DNA of 64,000 nucleotides from Alphaproteobacteria bacterium. GTDB taxonomy: Bacteria; Pseudomonadota; Alphaproteobacteria; Bin95. The notes under the pieces are model-generated. The model ran no database searches and was not told the DNA's origin. It was given only the letters and a program-made list of their open reading frames with translations. Location of the stretch: NCBI GenBank assembly GCA_041687435.1, contig JAWLBX010000004.1, positions 157,090 through 221,089 on the forward strand. The letters run 5' to 3'. Below are positions 10,860-18,984 of this stretch, piece after piece. A program made the position numbers and the translations under genes. Each line of letters starts with the position of its first letter. The first letter of the stretch is position 1.

Positions 10860-12028
10860 AATTGACTATCATCATTATCGAACAGGCGCTGGTGTTCGCG
10901 CAGCGCGAAACGGTCGGTCATGCCGGCGATGTAGTCGCCAACCACCCGCTGCGTCCGCAAACCGCCAGGGCCATCGGTTTCGGCGAACCAGTCGGGTGGC
11001 AGGATCTGCGGCTCGCTCGCGAACTCGTCAAAGAGGTCGCTAACCACCCGCTTGGCCCTGACCGACATGCGGTTCACCTTGTAATGCCGATACATGCGGT
11101 TCATCAGGAAATTGCGCAAGGCGTCCAGATCGCGCGCCATGCCGGCGGAAAACGCCGCCACCGGTTTTCCCAGCGCCCGCACTGCTGTGGCGCTATCCGG
11201 CGCAGTCTCGGTCAGGCGCCGTTTGGTCTCGTCGGTCAAATCGTAGACCATGGCGCCGATCATTCGGCGAATCGTTTCGTAAATCGCACGCTGGCGGTCG
11301 AGCGTCGGATATTTCGTCCGCACCTCTGCCAGCAGGTCGCCGATCAGCGGCAAGCCCGCCACTTCCTCAAGTTCGAACAGGTCGGCGCGCAGGCCGTCGT
11401 CGAAATCATGGTTGTTGTAGGCGATATCGTCGGCCAGGGAGGCTATCTGCGCCTCCGCACTGGGAAAGCCATCCAGTTCCAGCGGGTGCAAGGCGTCATA
11501 GTCACCGATGCCGAAGGGCAGGGGTCGTTGCTTCGGTGCGCTCTGGCCGATAAGCGGGCCGTTGTGCTTGACGACACCTTCCAGCGTTTCCCAGGTCAGA
11601 TTCAGGCCGTCGAATTCCGCATAGCGCCGTTCCAGCCGGGTCAGGATGCGCAGGGTCTGGGCGTTGTGGTCGAAGCCGCCAGCTCCCTCCAGCTTCGCGC
11701 CCAGCGCCTCCTCGCCCGCATGTCCGAACGGAGTGTGGCCCAGGTCGTGCGCCAGCGCCAATGCCTCCGCCAGATCCTCGTTCAGGCCGAGCGAGCGGCA
11801 GATGGTTCGGGCGATCTGCGCCACCTCGATCGAATGGGTCAGACGGGTGCGGTAGTAGTCGCCCTCATGATAGACGAAAACCTGCGTCTTGTGCTTAAGG
11901 CGGCGGAAGGCGTTGGAATGGATGATGCGGTCGCGGTCGCGCTGAAACGGCGAGCGGTTGACCGCCTCCGCTTCCGGATACAGCCGGCCGCGCGATTGTG
12001 CGGGATTGCTGGCATAGATGGCAGGCAC
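10856..12028 (-). CDS. dgt: dGTP triphosphohydrolase-like HD-domain protein
   Basis: HD motif [10 protein letters not shown]...[15 protein letters not shown] and SRGRLYPE...[12 protein letters not shown]-terminal motifs. Start set at GTG (complement of 12026-12028), which has a GGAGG Shine-Dalgarno 5 nt upstream. The ORF track start at 12199 would add a Cys-rich, non-protein-like 57-aa extension into the divergent promoter. Confidence 0.8.
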   Translation of the reverse strand: MPAIYASNPAQSRGRLYPEAEAVNRSPFQRDRDRIIHSNAFRRLKHKTQVFVYHEGDYYRTRLTHSIEVAQIARTICRSLGLNEDLAEALALAHDLGHTPFGHAGEEALGAKLEGAGGFDHNAQTLRILTRLERRYAEFDGLNLTWETLEGVVKHNGPLIGQSAPKQRPLPFGIGDYDALHPLELDGFPSAEAQIASLADDIAYNNHDFDDGLRADLFELEEVAGLPLIGDLLAEVRTKYPTLDRQRAIYETIRRMIGAMVYDLTDETKRRLTETAPDSATAVRALGKPVAAFSAGMARDLDALRNFLMNRMYRHYKVNRMSVRAKRVVSDLFDEFASEPQILPPDWFAETDGPGGLRTQRVVGDYIAGMTDRFALREHQRLFDNDDSQL

Positions 12029-12174
12029 GCGTCCTCCGCAACGACAATTTTTACTGCCGGCACAATGCCAGCATTTGACGATGGTTGCAGGCGTTCTAAA
12101 TATATGAGAATGATTTGCAACCCGCGGACGCCGAGGCATGTCCGCGCTGGCTGCCTTTAATAGGAGAGTTTTCG

Positions 12175-12525
12175 ATGCCAGATACCCTGATCGACACACC
12201 CTCTGTCGGCCTTAGTGAAGCCGCGGCCGCGCGGGTGGCTCATCTTCGCAAGATGGAAGGCGACGATTCGTTAATGCTGCGCCTCTCGGTCTCCGGGGGC
12301 GGATGCAGCGGCTTTCAATACGGGTTCGATTTCTCGAAAGAGGTTACCGAGGACGACCACGTGTTCGAATATCACGGCGTGCCGCTTGTGGTGGATGAGG
12401 TGTCGCTCGACCTGCTGGCCGGGTCGGAGGTCGATTATGTCGAGGATCTGGCCGGAGCGGCGTTCGTCGTGAAAAATCCGAACGCCACGGCATCCTGCGG
12501 CTGCGGCAGTTCATTCGCGGTTTAG
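12175..12525 (+). CDS. erpA: Iron-sulfur cluster insertion protein ErpA / HesB-IscA family A-type carrier
   Basis: 116 aa from MPDTLIDTP, with conserved Cys in GGGCSGF and the C-terminal CGCGSSF motif. Divergent from dgt, as in many alphaproteobacteria. Confidence 0.85.
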   Translation: MPDTLIDTPSVGLSEAAAARVAHLRKMEGDDSLMLRLSVSGGGCSGFQYGFDFSKEVTEDDHVFEYHGVPLVVDEVSLDLLAGSEVDYVEDLAGAAFVVKNPNATASCGCGSSFAV

Positions 12526-12625
12526 ACACATCCCTCCGCCCCGGGTTTGCCCCGGGTCCAACCGGCAGCAGGGGGGAAGGAGCTTGCGGACGTTGGGCGC
12601 GCAGGGGGTCCCTGCCAGCCCCTCG

Positions 12626-14647
12626 CTACGCCCGTTCAGCCATCAAATTGCCGGCACCGATATGCCGGATCGACCAGCCAGCGGGCAGCCATAGGGTCGT
12701 GTACGGTTCTTCAATGATCATCGGGCCGGAAAGCGGCGTTCCGGCGATGGCGTCCCGCGCATAGATCGGGGTTTCGGCGCCGTCAACGTCGCGCCGGCCT
12801 TTCGGTTCGGCCGCGGCATTGGCTGCGCCTGCCTCCACATTCGCCTTGGCCAACAGGCCACGGGCGACCAGACGCAGGGTGACGATTTCCGGCGTTTCCG
12901 CCAAATCCTGATGCGCGAAGCGTTCCAGGTGCAGTGCGTGGAATGCGGCAATGGCCTTTGCCAGACCATCGGTATCGATTGCGCCGTTCCACGGCACCAG
13001 CATCTCGTAGCCCTGGCCGCGATAGCGCATGTCGGCGGACAGGTCGAGCCGCCGTTGGTCTGCCGGCACGCCGTCCCGCGCCAGTACGCTTTCGCCTTCG
13101 GCGCGCAAACGCTCTGTCATCTCCTGTAATACCGGCAGGGCATCGGCATCCGCCCGTAACAGCCGGGTTTCGGCGAGGTCGTGCGCGATATCGGCGAAAA
13201 GAATGCCGCGCGCCGAAAGGGTGCCCGGATCAGTCGGGAACAGTACCCGGCCCATGTCCAATTCATCCGCCACGCCGATAGCGTGCAGGCCGGCAGCGCC
13301 GCCAAAGGGCACCAGCACGAAGTCGCGCGGGTCGGCGCCTTTCTCGAACAGGGAAAGGCGGGCCGCGCTCGCCATCGCGGCGTTTGCGACCTGAACCATG
13401 CCCGCCGCCGCGCGCGGTGTGTCCAGCCCGAGGCCGCTGGCCAGCGCACCAACCGCGGCCGCCGCCTTGTCCAGATGCAGGGCCATGGCGCCGCCCAAAA
13501 AGAAGTCCGGGTCGAACATGCCGCGCACGGCATTTGCGTCCGTCACCGCAGGCCGCTCGCCGCCGCGGCCATAACAGGCCGGGCCTGGCTCCGCACCGGC
13601 GCTTTCCGGGCCGACCCGCAGTCCGCCGCCGGTATCCTGATAGCCGATCGAGCCGCCGCCTGCGCCGATGGTGCGGATCTCGATCATCGGCAGGCGCACC
13701 GGCAGGCCGTCAATGCTGCCTTCCGTGACAACAGTGGTCTGTCCGTCGCGGACCACGGCGATATCGGTGGAGGTGCCGCCCATGTCCAGCCCGACCAGGT
13801 TCGGCTCGCCGGTCAGGGCCGCAAGCTGCTGCATCGCCATCGCCCCGCCGGAAGGTCCGGAGAGCAGCAACCGCGCTGGCTGCTCTGCAGCGGTCGCGGG
13901 CGTGGTTACGCCGCCATTCGACTGCACCAGATAAAGTGTGGCACTGACGCCGGCATCCGCCAGCCGCCGTTCGATCCGCTCCAGATATGCGCCGACCACA
14001 GGCATCAGCACGGCATTGAGGACGGTGGTGGAGGTGCGTTCGAACTCCCGCATTTCCGGGCTGACCCGGTGCGAGAGCGAGACGCGCAGGTCCGGCGCCT
14101 CCTCATGCAGGATTTCCAGCGTGCGGGTCTCGTGCGCGGCGTTGCGGTAGGCGTGCAGATAGCAGACCGCCACCGCCTCGATCCCCTCGGTGACCATCTG
14201 CCGGGCGAGGGCGCGGATCTGATCTTCATTTAGCGGCGTTTCGATGGTGCCGTCGGCGCGGATGCGTTCGCTTACGCCATGGCGGTGCTGGCGCGGGATC
14301 AGCAGCGAGCGCGGCTCCGCCTTCAGGCCGTAAATATCCTTGCGCAAGTGACGACCGATTTCCAGCACATCGCGGAAGCCGTGGGTGGTCAGCAGCGCCC
14401 CTTTGGCAAGCTTGCGTTCCAGCACGGCATTGGTGGCGATGGTGGTGCCGTGCAGGATCAGGCCGATATCGCTCAGGGCAAAGCCATACCGCTCCGCCGC
14501 GCCCTTCAACCCGGCCAGCAGCCCTTGCGAGGGATCGGCCGGTGTCGTTGGCGTTTTGAACGCCCAGCAGGCGCCGCTCGCCTCGTTGAGAAATTGCAAG
14601 TCGGTAAAGGTGCCGCCGATATCGACGGCAACGCGAATGGACGCCAT
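12626..14647 (-). CDS. hyuA: Hydantoinase/oxoprolinase family A subunit (HyuA-like); no B-subunit gene adjacent
   Basis: 673 aa with N-terminal MASIRVAVDIGGTFTDL and internal DMGGTSTD ATPase-fold motifs typical of the hydantoinase_A/oxoprolinase family. Confidence 0.85.
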   Translation of the reverse strand: MASIRVAVDIGGTFTDLQFLNEASGACWAFKTPTTPADPSQGLLAGLKGAAERYGFALSDIGLILHGTTIATNAVLERKLAKGALLTTHGFRDVLEIGRHLRKDIYGLKAEPRSLLIPRQHRHGVSERIRADGTIETPLNEDQIRALARQMVTEGIEAVAVCYLHAYRNAAHETRTLEILHEEAPDLRVSLSHRVSPEMREFERTSTTVLNAVLMPVVGAYLERIERRLADAGVSATLYLVQSNGGVTTPATAAEQPARLLLSGPSGGAMAMQQLAALTGEPNLVGLDMGGTSTDIAVVRDGQTTVVTEGSIDGLPVRLPMIEIRTIGAGGGSIGYQDTGGGLRVGPESAGAEPGPACYGRGGERPAVTDANAVRGMFDPDFFLGGAMALHLDKAAAAVGALASGLGLDTPRAAAGMVQVANAAMASAARLSLFEKGADPRDFVLVPFGGAAGLHAIGVADELDMGRVLFPTDPGTLSARGILFADIAHDLAETRLLRADADALPVLQEMTERLRAEGESVLARDGVPADQRRLDLSADMRYRGQGYEMLVPWNGAIDTDGLAKAIAAFHALHLERFAHQDLAETPEIVTLRLVARGLLAKANVEAGAANAAAEPKGRRDVDGAETPIYARDAIAGTPLSGPMIIEEPYTTLWLPAGWSIRHIGAGNLMAERA

Positions 14648-14713
14648 GGAGCCGGATTCCCTGCTTCGGATTATGCGTCCAGGGGATACCGGCAGGGCGC
14701 GCGGGCCGCAAGC

Positions 14714-15631
14714 CTAGGCTTTGGCGCTTTGCAGCGCGATATAGAGTGTGGAGGCGACGATTACGGCGCCACCGATGAAGGTGGCGAGCGTCGGCACCTC
14801 CCCGAAGGCGAAGAATCCGATAGCAGCCGCATACAGCAGGCGGGTGTAGTCGAACGGCGCCACCGCCGTCGCATCGCCGGCACGCAGGCCCAGCACCATG
14901 CAGCTTTGGCCCAGCGTCGTGAACACGCCGATGATCGCGACAATGCCAAGCTCGTGCAGGGTCGGGTTGCGCCATTCGTAAATGGCCGGTCCGGCCGCCA
15001 GCAGCGCCATCAGCGTGTAGGCCCATACCAGGATGGTGATCGGTGCCTCTGTCCGGGTCAGGTGTTTGATGGAGGTGGATACGGCGGAGGCAAAGAAGGC
15101 GGAGCCAAGCGCCACCAAAATCCAGGGGTCGAAGCCGCCTTCCGCCCCTGGCTGCATGGTGATGATCACGCCGGAAAAGCCGGCCAGGGTTGCGATGGCG
15201 CGTTTGACGTTGAGTTTCTCGCCCAGAAACATGAGCGCCAGCAGGATGACGAACAGAATGCGGGTGAAGCCCAAAGTGGTGAACAACGCCAGGTCCAGAT
15301 GCGTCACCGCAAACACCATGGAGGTGAAGCCGCAGAAGCCGACGATGGCGCGCAGCAGATGCAGTTTCGGGCGTTGCGTCCGGATCTTGCCGAACCCTTG
15401 TTTCGCCAGCGCCGGCATGATGATCGCCAGCGCAAAGACCGAGCGCAGCAAGACGATCTGCCAGGGAGACATGGTTCTGCCCAGCACTTTGATCGCCACT
15501 GCCATGCCGGTGAGCCAGACCGCGGCGATGATGATCCAGACCGCACCGCGGATATTGCCGGGGATCAGCAGCCATCTGGCTTGCAGGGGGGCGAGACGGG
15601 CCTGAAAGGGGATCACGGCCATCGGGACCAT
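14714..15631 (-). CDS. EamA/DMT superfamily transporter
   Basis: ~10 TM segments with two EamA-like repeats; 19-nt overlap with the nitroreductase ORF. Confidence 0.8.
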   Translation of the reverse strand: MVPMAVIPFQARLAPLQARWLLIPGNIRGAVWIIIAAVWLTGMAVAIKVLGRTMSPWQIVLLRSVFALAIIMPALAKQGFGKIRTQRPKLHLLRAIVGFCGFTSMVFAVTHLDLALFTTLGFTRILFVILLALMFLGEKLNVKRAIATLAGFSGVIITMQPGAEGGFDPWILVALGSAFFASAVSTSIKHLTRTEAPITILVWAYTLMALLAAGPAIYEWRNPTLHELGIVAIIGVFTTLGQSCMVLGLRAGDATAVAPFDYTRLLYAAAIGFFAFGEVPTLATFIGGAVIVASTLYIALQSAKA

Positions 15632-16194
15632 TTGGTGCCGGGATCGGCCGGGGGCAGCTCTGGCCGCAACGGCGTGCCGGCCGTGCCCAGGGTCAAGAAG
15701 CCTACCAGTTGCTCCTGATCCGCCAGGCCAAGCGTGTCGCGAAGGCTGGGCGCTTCGGTCTTGCGGCCACTCAGCAGGCTACCGGCAAAGCCAAGGGCGT
15801 CGGCTGCCAGCAGCATCTGTTGCAATGCCGCGCCGATTGCGACCCATTGTTCCCGTTCGGGTGCTTCGGCGTGGTCAGGGTGCAGGCAGGCGATCATGGC
15901 CAGCAACACCGGACCGGCCATCGCCCTTTGCCACGCCCGTTCCAGCCGCTCCGCATCGGCGCCGGGGCGTTGGTGGGTTGCGGCTTCGGCAAATGCTGCC
16001 GCGAGACGCTGACGGTCGTCGATCAGCAGCAGGCGCCAGGGCCGCAGGCCGCCGTGGTCGATGCCGCGCAGGCCGGCTGAAACGATCCGGTCCAGGGCTT
16101 CGGCGTTTGGTCCCGGCGCACGCAATCGCCGTGGGCGTACCGACCGGCGGGTAAGAAGGGCGTTCAACACCAGACGGTCGGAAGAGCCGGTCAC
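15613..16194 (-). CDS. Nitroreductase family protein
   Basis: 193 aa with N-terminal LNALLTRRSVRP motif characteristic of the NADH oxidase/nitroreductase fold. Confidence 0.75.
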   Translation of the reverse strand: MTGSSDRLVLNALLTRRSVRPRRLRAPGPNAEALDRIVSAGLRGIDHGGLRPWRLLLIDDRQRLAAAFAEAATHQRPGADAERLERAWQRAMAGPVLLAMIACLHPDHAEAPEREQWVAIGAALQQMLLAADALGFAGSLLSGRKTEAPSLRDTLGLADQEQLVGFLTLGTAGTPLRPELPPADPGTKWSRWP

Positions 16195-17022
16195 TTATTC
16201 TGGCAGAGGGGTTATCTGGTACAGGGTATGCAGCAGGTCGCTCACCTGGCCATCGAAGTGGCGCGCTGCGATTTCCTCAATCTGACGTGACTTGTAAAGC
16301 GAACTGAGGGTCCGGTCGACCAGCAGGCGGAAGCGGCCGTCATCCTTCGGCAGCGCCAGGCCATAGGGTTCTATTGTCAGATAATCGTCGGCGATTTGCA
16401 GTTGCCCGGCTTCCGGATGTTCCTGCCGCAATCCCTCCAGCACCGTGCGGTCCGCGAAATAGGCGTCAAGCGAACCGTTCAATAGACCCGCCACGCCATT
16501 GCGATGATCGGCCGTGGACACGATGTCGGCATTGGGATAGGTGCTGAGCAACGCCTGCTCGGTCGTCGTTCCGGCGCGCACGCCCAGGCGCCGGTTGGCC
16601 AAATCATCCAATTTCACGATCCCACCGCTGTCAGGGACCATGACGCCGGTGCCGGCAATGAAGGTCGGCAGGGAGAAATCGACTCGCGCACGCCGGGAAA
16701 GCGTTGTCGTTGTCGGCCCGCACAAAATGTCGATCGAACCGTCTTCGATTTTTTCGAACCGGTTTTCCGCACCCACAGCGATGTATTGGACCACTAGCGC
16801 GGTGAGTTTCAATTCGGCCCGCACTGTGTCCGCGACAGCGCGGCAGAGGTCAATGGAGTAGCCCTGGCGGTTGCCCGGCGGCCCCTCCATCGAGAACGGT
16901 GGCGCGTCGGTGCGGTAGCCAAGGCGGAAGGTCTTGGTCTCTGAAATACGTTCCAGCACGCCCGCCGAAGCCGCGTTGCAAATCAAGGCCAAAACAACCG
17001 CAGCCGTGCCTCGCCATACCAT
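16195..17022 (-). CDS. Amino-acid ABC transporter substrate-binding protein (family 3 SBP); orphan
   Basis: Signal peptide followed by a bacterial extracellular solute-binding family 3 pattern (FRLGYRTDAPPFS...GYSIDLCRAVA). No permease or ATPase gene adjacent. Confidence 0.8.
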   Translation of the reverse strand: MVWRGTAAVVLALICNAASAGVLERISETKTFRLGYRTDAPPFSMEGPPGNRQGYSIDLCRAVADTVRAELKLTALVVQYIAVGAENRFEKIEDGSIDILCGPTTTTLSRRARVDFSLPTFIAGTGVMVPDSGGIVKLDDLANRRLGVRAGTTTEQALLSTYPNADIVSTADHRNGVAGLLNGSLDAYFADRTVLEGLRQEHPEAGQLQIADDYLTIEPYGLALPKDDGRFRLLVDRTLSSLYKSRQIEEIAARHFDGQVSDLLHTLYQITPLPE

Positions 17023-17133
17023 CGCGCATCCCTCAGACTATCGTTCTGCTTCGGATAAACTAGCCGACCTCAACGAGGCCGGCTAGGGGATCGTCCAGCA
17101 GGTGCCGATGGCCGTGTCGTGCGCGCGATTGGA

Positions 17134-17673
17134 TCAATTCTGCAGCGAGTTGAGCGACTTGGTGAAACCCGAAAGCGAGAAGGGGGCGGCCACCTTCTTG
17201 TTGTTCGGCAGCACGAAGGTAATGGTACCCTTGATGCCGCGTTTCAGCAGAGAGACCAGGTTGTTATCCATTGGCCCTGCTACCAGGCAGCGCGGCGGGC
17301 GGGCGAGGCAAACGGCGTATTGCATGCGCATTGGCTCCGCATCGTCCACCTTCAACTCCATGCCCGGCTGCAACAAAACCCCCAGAGGAGTGAAGATGCG
17401 GAGCACGGGTTCCTTGCTGTTGTCAGCATAGCTGACGGCGATACGCAGCCATTCCTTGTCGGTGTCCGTCTGCACCAGGATCTGGCGCATTTCGCAAACT
17501 TTTTGCGTCTTGCCGTCCTGTTCGACTTCCTGGCAGGCGACTTCCCAATCGCCGTTGCGGGTCACATCGACCTTGGGATCCTCGCCCACGGCCTCCTGGT
17601 TGGCTTGCTGGGCAGCAAGGGGCATTGGGGCGGCCAGTACGGCTGCAACAATCGCGGCATACATCATGCGCAT
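17134..17673 (-). CDS. Invasion-associated locus B (IalB) family periplasmic protein
   Basis: Signal peptide plus IalB-like motifs (GDWEVACQE..., QKVCEMRQ, Cys pairs); 179 aa. Confidence 0.7.
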   Translation of the reverse strand: MRMMYAAIVAAVLAAPMPLAAQQANQEAVGEDPKVDVTRNGDWEVACQEVEQDGKTQKVCEMRQILVQTDTDKEWLRIAVSYADNSKEPVLRIFTPLGVLLQPGMELKVDDAEPMRMQYAVCLARPPRCLVAGPMDNNLVSLLKRGIKGTITFVLPNNKKVAAPFSLSGFTKSLNSLQN

Positions 17674-17728
17674 CGGTAAGGGTCCTTCGTTTTAGGGGGC
17701 GGGCTCAAAAGTGGACAATCCGGCAGGC

Positions 17729-18844
17729 TTAATAGCCTGGATTGTTCAGGTCCAGGTGGGGATACATCCGGTTTAAAATCGTTGTTCCATTCAGACCGGG
17801 TGGAATTGGATCAGCAGACGCCAAATAACTCTCGTTCAATTCGGCGAGGCTGGTCACACCCAGCAGGCCGAGCGCGGAGATCACCTCGTTCTCCAGTATT
17901 TCCAGCGCCCGCACCATGGCCGGTATGCCGCCGGCGGCGAGTGCGAACCCTTGCAGACGGCCAAGCCCGATGGCATTGGCGCCCAGCGCAACGGCTTTCA
18001 CCAGATCGATGCCGCGCATGAAGCCGCCATCGACCCAGACCTCCGCCTTGCCTTCGACGGCGTCGACAATCTCGCGAATTGCATCGGCAGCGCCCCGCCC
18101 GTGGTCCAATTGCCGCCCGCCGTGGTTGGAGACATAGACAACCTCGCAGCCATGCTCGACGGCGATGCGCGCGTCCTCTCCGGTCATGATGCCTTTCAGC
18201 ACCACCGGGATGTCAAACTTGCTTTTGAAGTTCTCGACGTCCGCCCAATTCAGGGCGGCTTGATAGAGCCGGGCATTTTCGCCCGCCGCCCAGGCCCGCT
18301 GCCGGCCGCGTGGCAGGTAGCGCTTGGCGATGTCACGCTCGCGCCGGGAATAGACGGCGGTATCGACCGTGAAGCAGAAGGCACGGTAGCCGGATTCGAC
18401 CACCCGCGCACCGACATCCTCCACGAATGCCCGGTCACCGCGCACGTACAGCTGATACATGGAGGGCTTGGAGACGGACTTGGCCACTTCCTCCAGGCCC
18501 GGCTCGCAGGCCGACGACAGCATGTGGTCGCAGCCGAACTGGTCGGCGGCCTGGGCCGGGGCGGTGCCGCCCTCGGGCGTGAAGCTCTCGACTGAGCCGA
18601 TGGGCGCCAGCACCACCGGCAGCCGCTTGCGCTCGCCCAGCACGTCACCGGACGGGTCGATTTCCGACACGTCGCGGAGCACCCGCGGGCGGAAAGCGAT
18701 GGATTCGAGCGCCAGGCGGTTGCGCACCTGTGTCGTCTCGGTCTCCGATCCGCCGGCCAAGTAATCCCAGGTGTTCTGGTGCAGGTTCAGGCGGGCCTGG
18801 TGCACGAACTCGTGCAGGGTCATGTATTCGCGCTCGGCGTACAC
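17729..18844 (-). CDS. FMN-dependent alpha-hydroxy acid dehydrogenase (L-lactate dehydrogenase / glycolate oxidase family)
   Basis: TIM-barrel FMN_dh motifs (VVLKGIMTGEDA, SNHGGRQLD, VWVDGGFMRGIDLVKAVALGA). Start may be at MTLHEF, 7 codons in. Confidence 0.85.
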   Translation of the reverse strand: MYAEREYMTLHEFVHQARLNLHQNTWDYLAGGSETETTQVRNRLALESIAFRPRVLRDVSEIDPSGDVLGERKRLPVVLAPIGSVESFTPEGGTAPAQAADQFGCDHMLSSACEPGLEEVAKSVSKPSMYQLYVRGDRAFVEDVGARVVESGYRAFCFTVDTAVYSRRERDIAKRYLPRGRQRAWAAGENARLYQAALNWADVENFKSKFDIPVVLKGIMTGEDARIAVEHGCEVVYVSNHGGRQLDHGRGAADAIREIVDAVEGKAEVWVDGGFMRGIDLVKAVALGANAIGLGRLQGFALAAGGIPAMVRALEILENEVISALGLLGVTSLAELNESYLASADPIPPGLNGTTILNRMYPHLDLNNPGY

Positions 18845-18984
18845 TGGGCGTTGGTCCTTCGTGGCGTCTCAAACTGGCCGCAACCATACTGCGCGAATAG
18901 GGATTCGCCAACCGCGCGAGGTTTCAGGCCGCGTCGGGACGCGCTAATGTCGCGCCAGTGTCCCCTTCCGGCTGAGACCTGCCC

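Noticed and set aside
13181-15718. Two long plus-strand ORFs (13181..14233 and 14279..15718)
   Set aside because: They are antisense to hyuA and the EamA transporter respectively. Their amino-acid composition (R/G/A/H-rich) is typical of GC-rich antisense frames.
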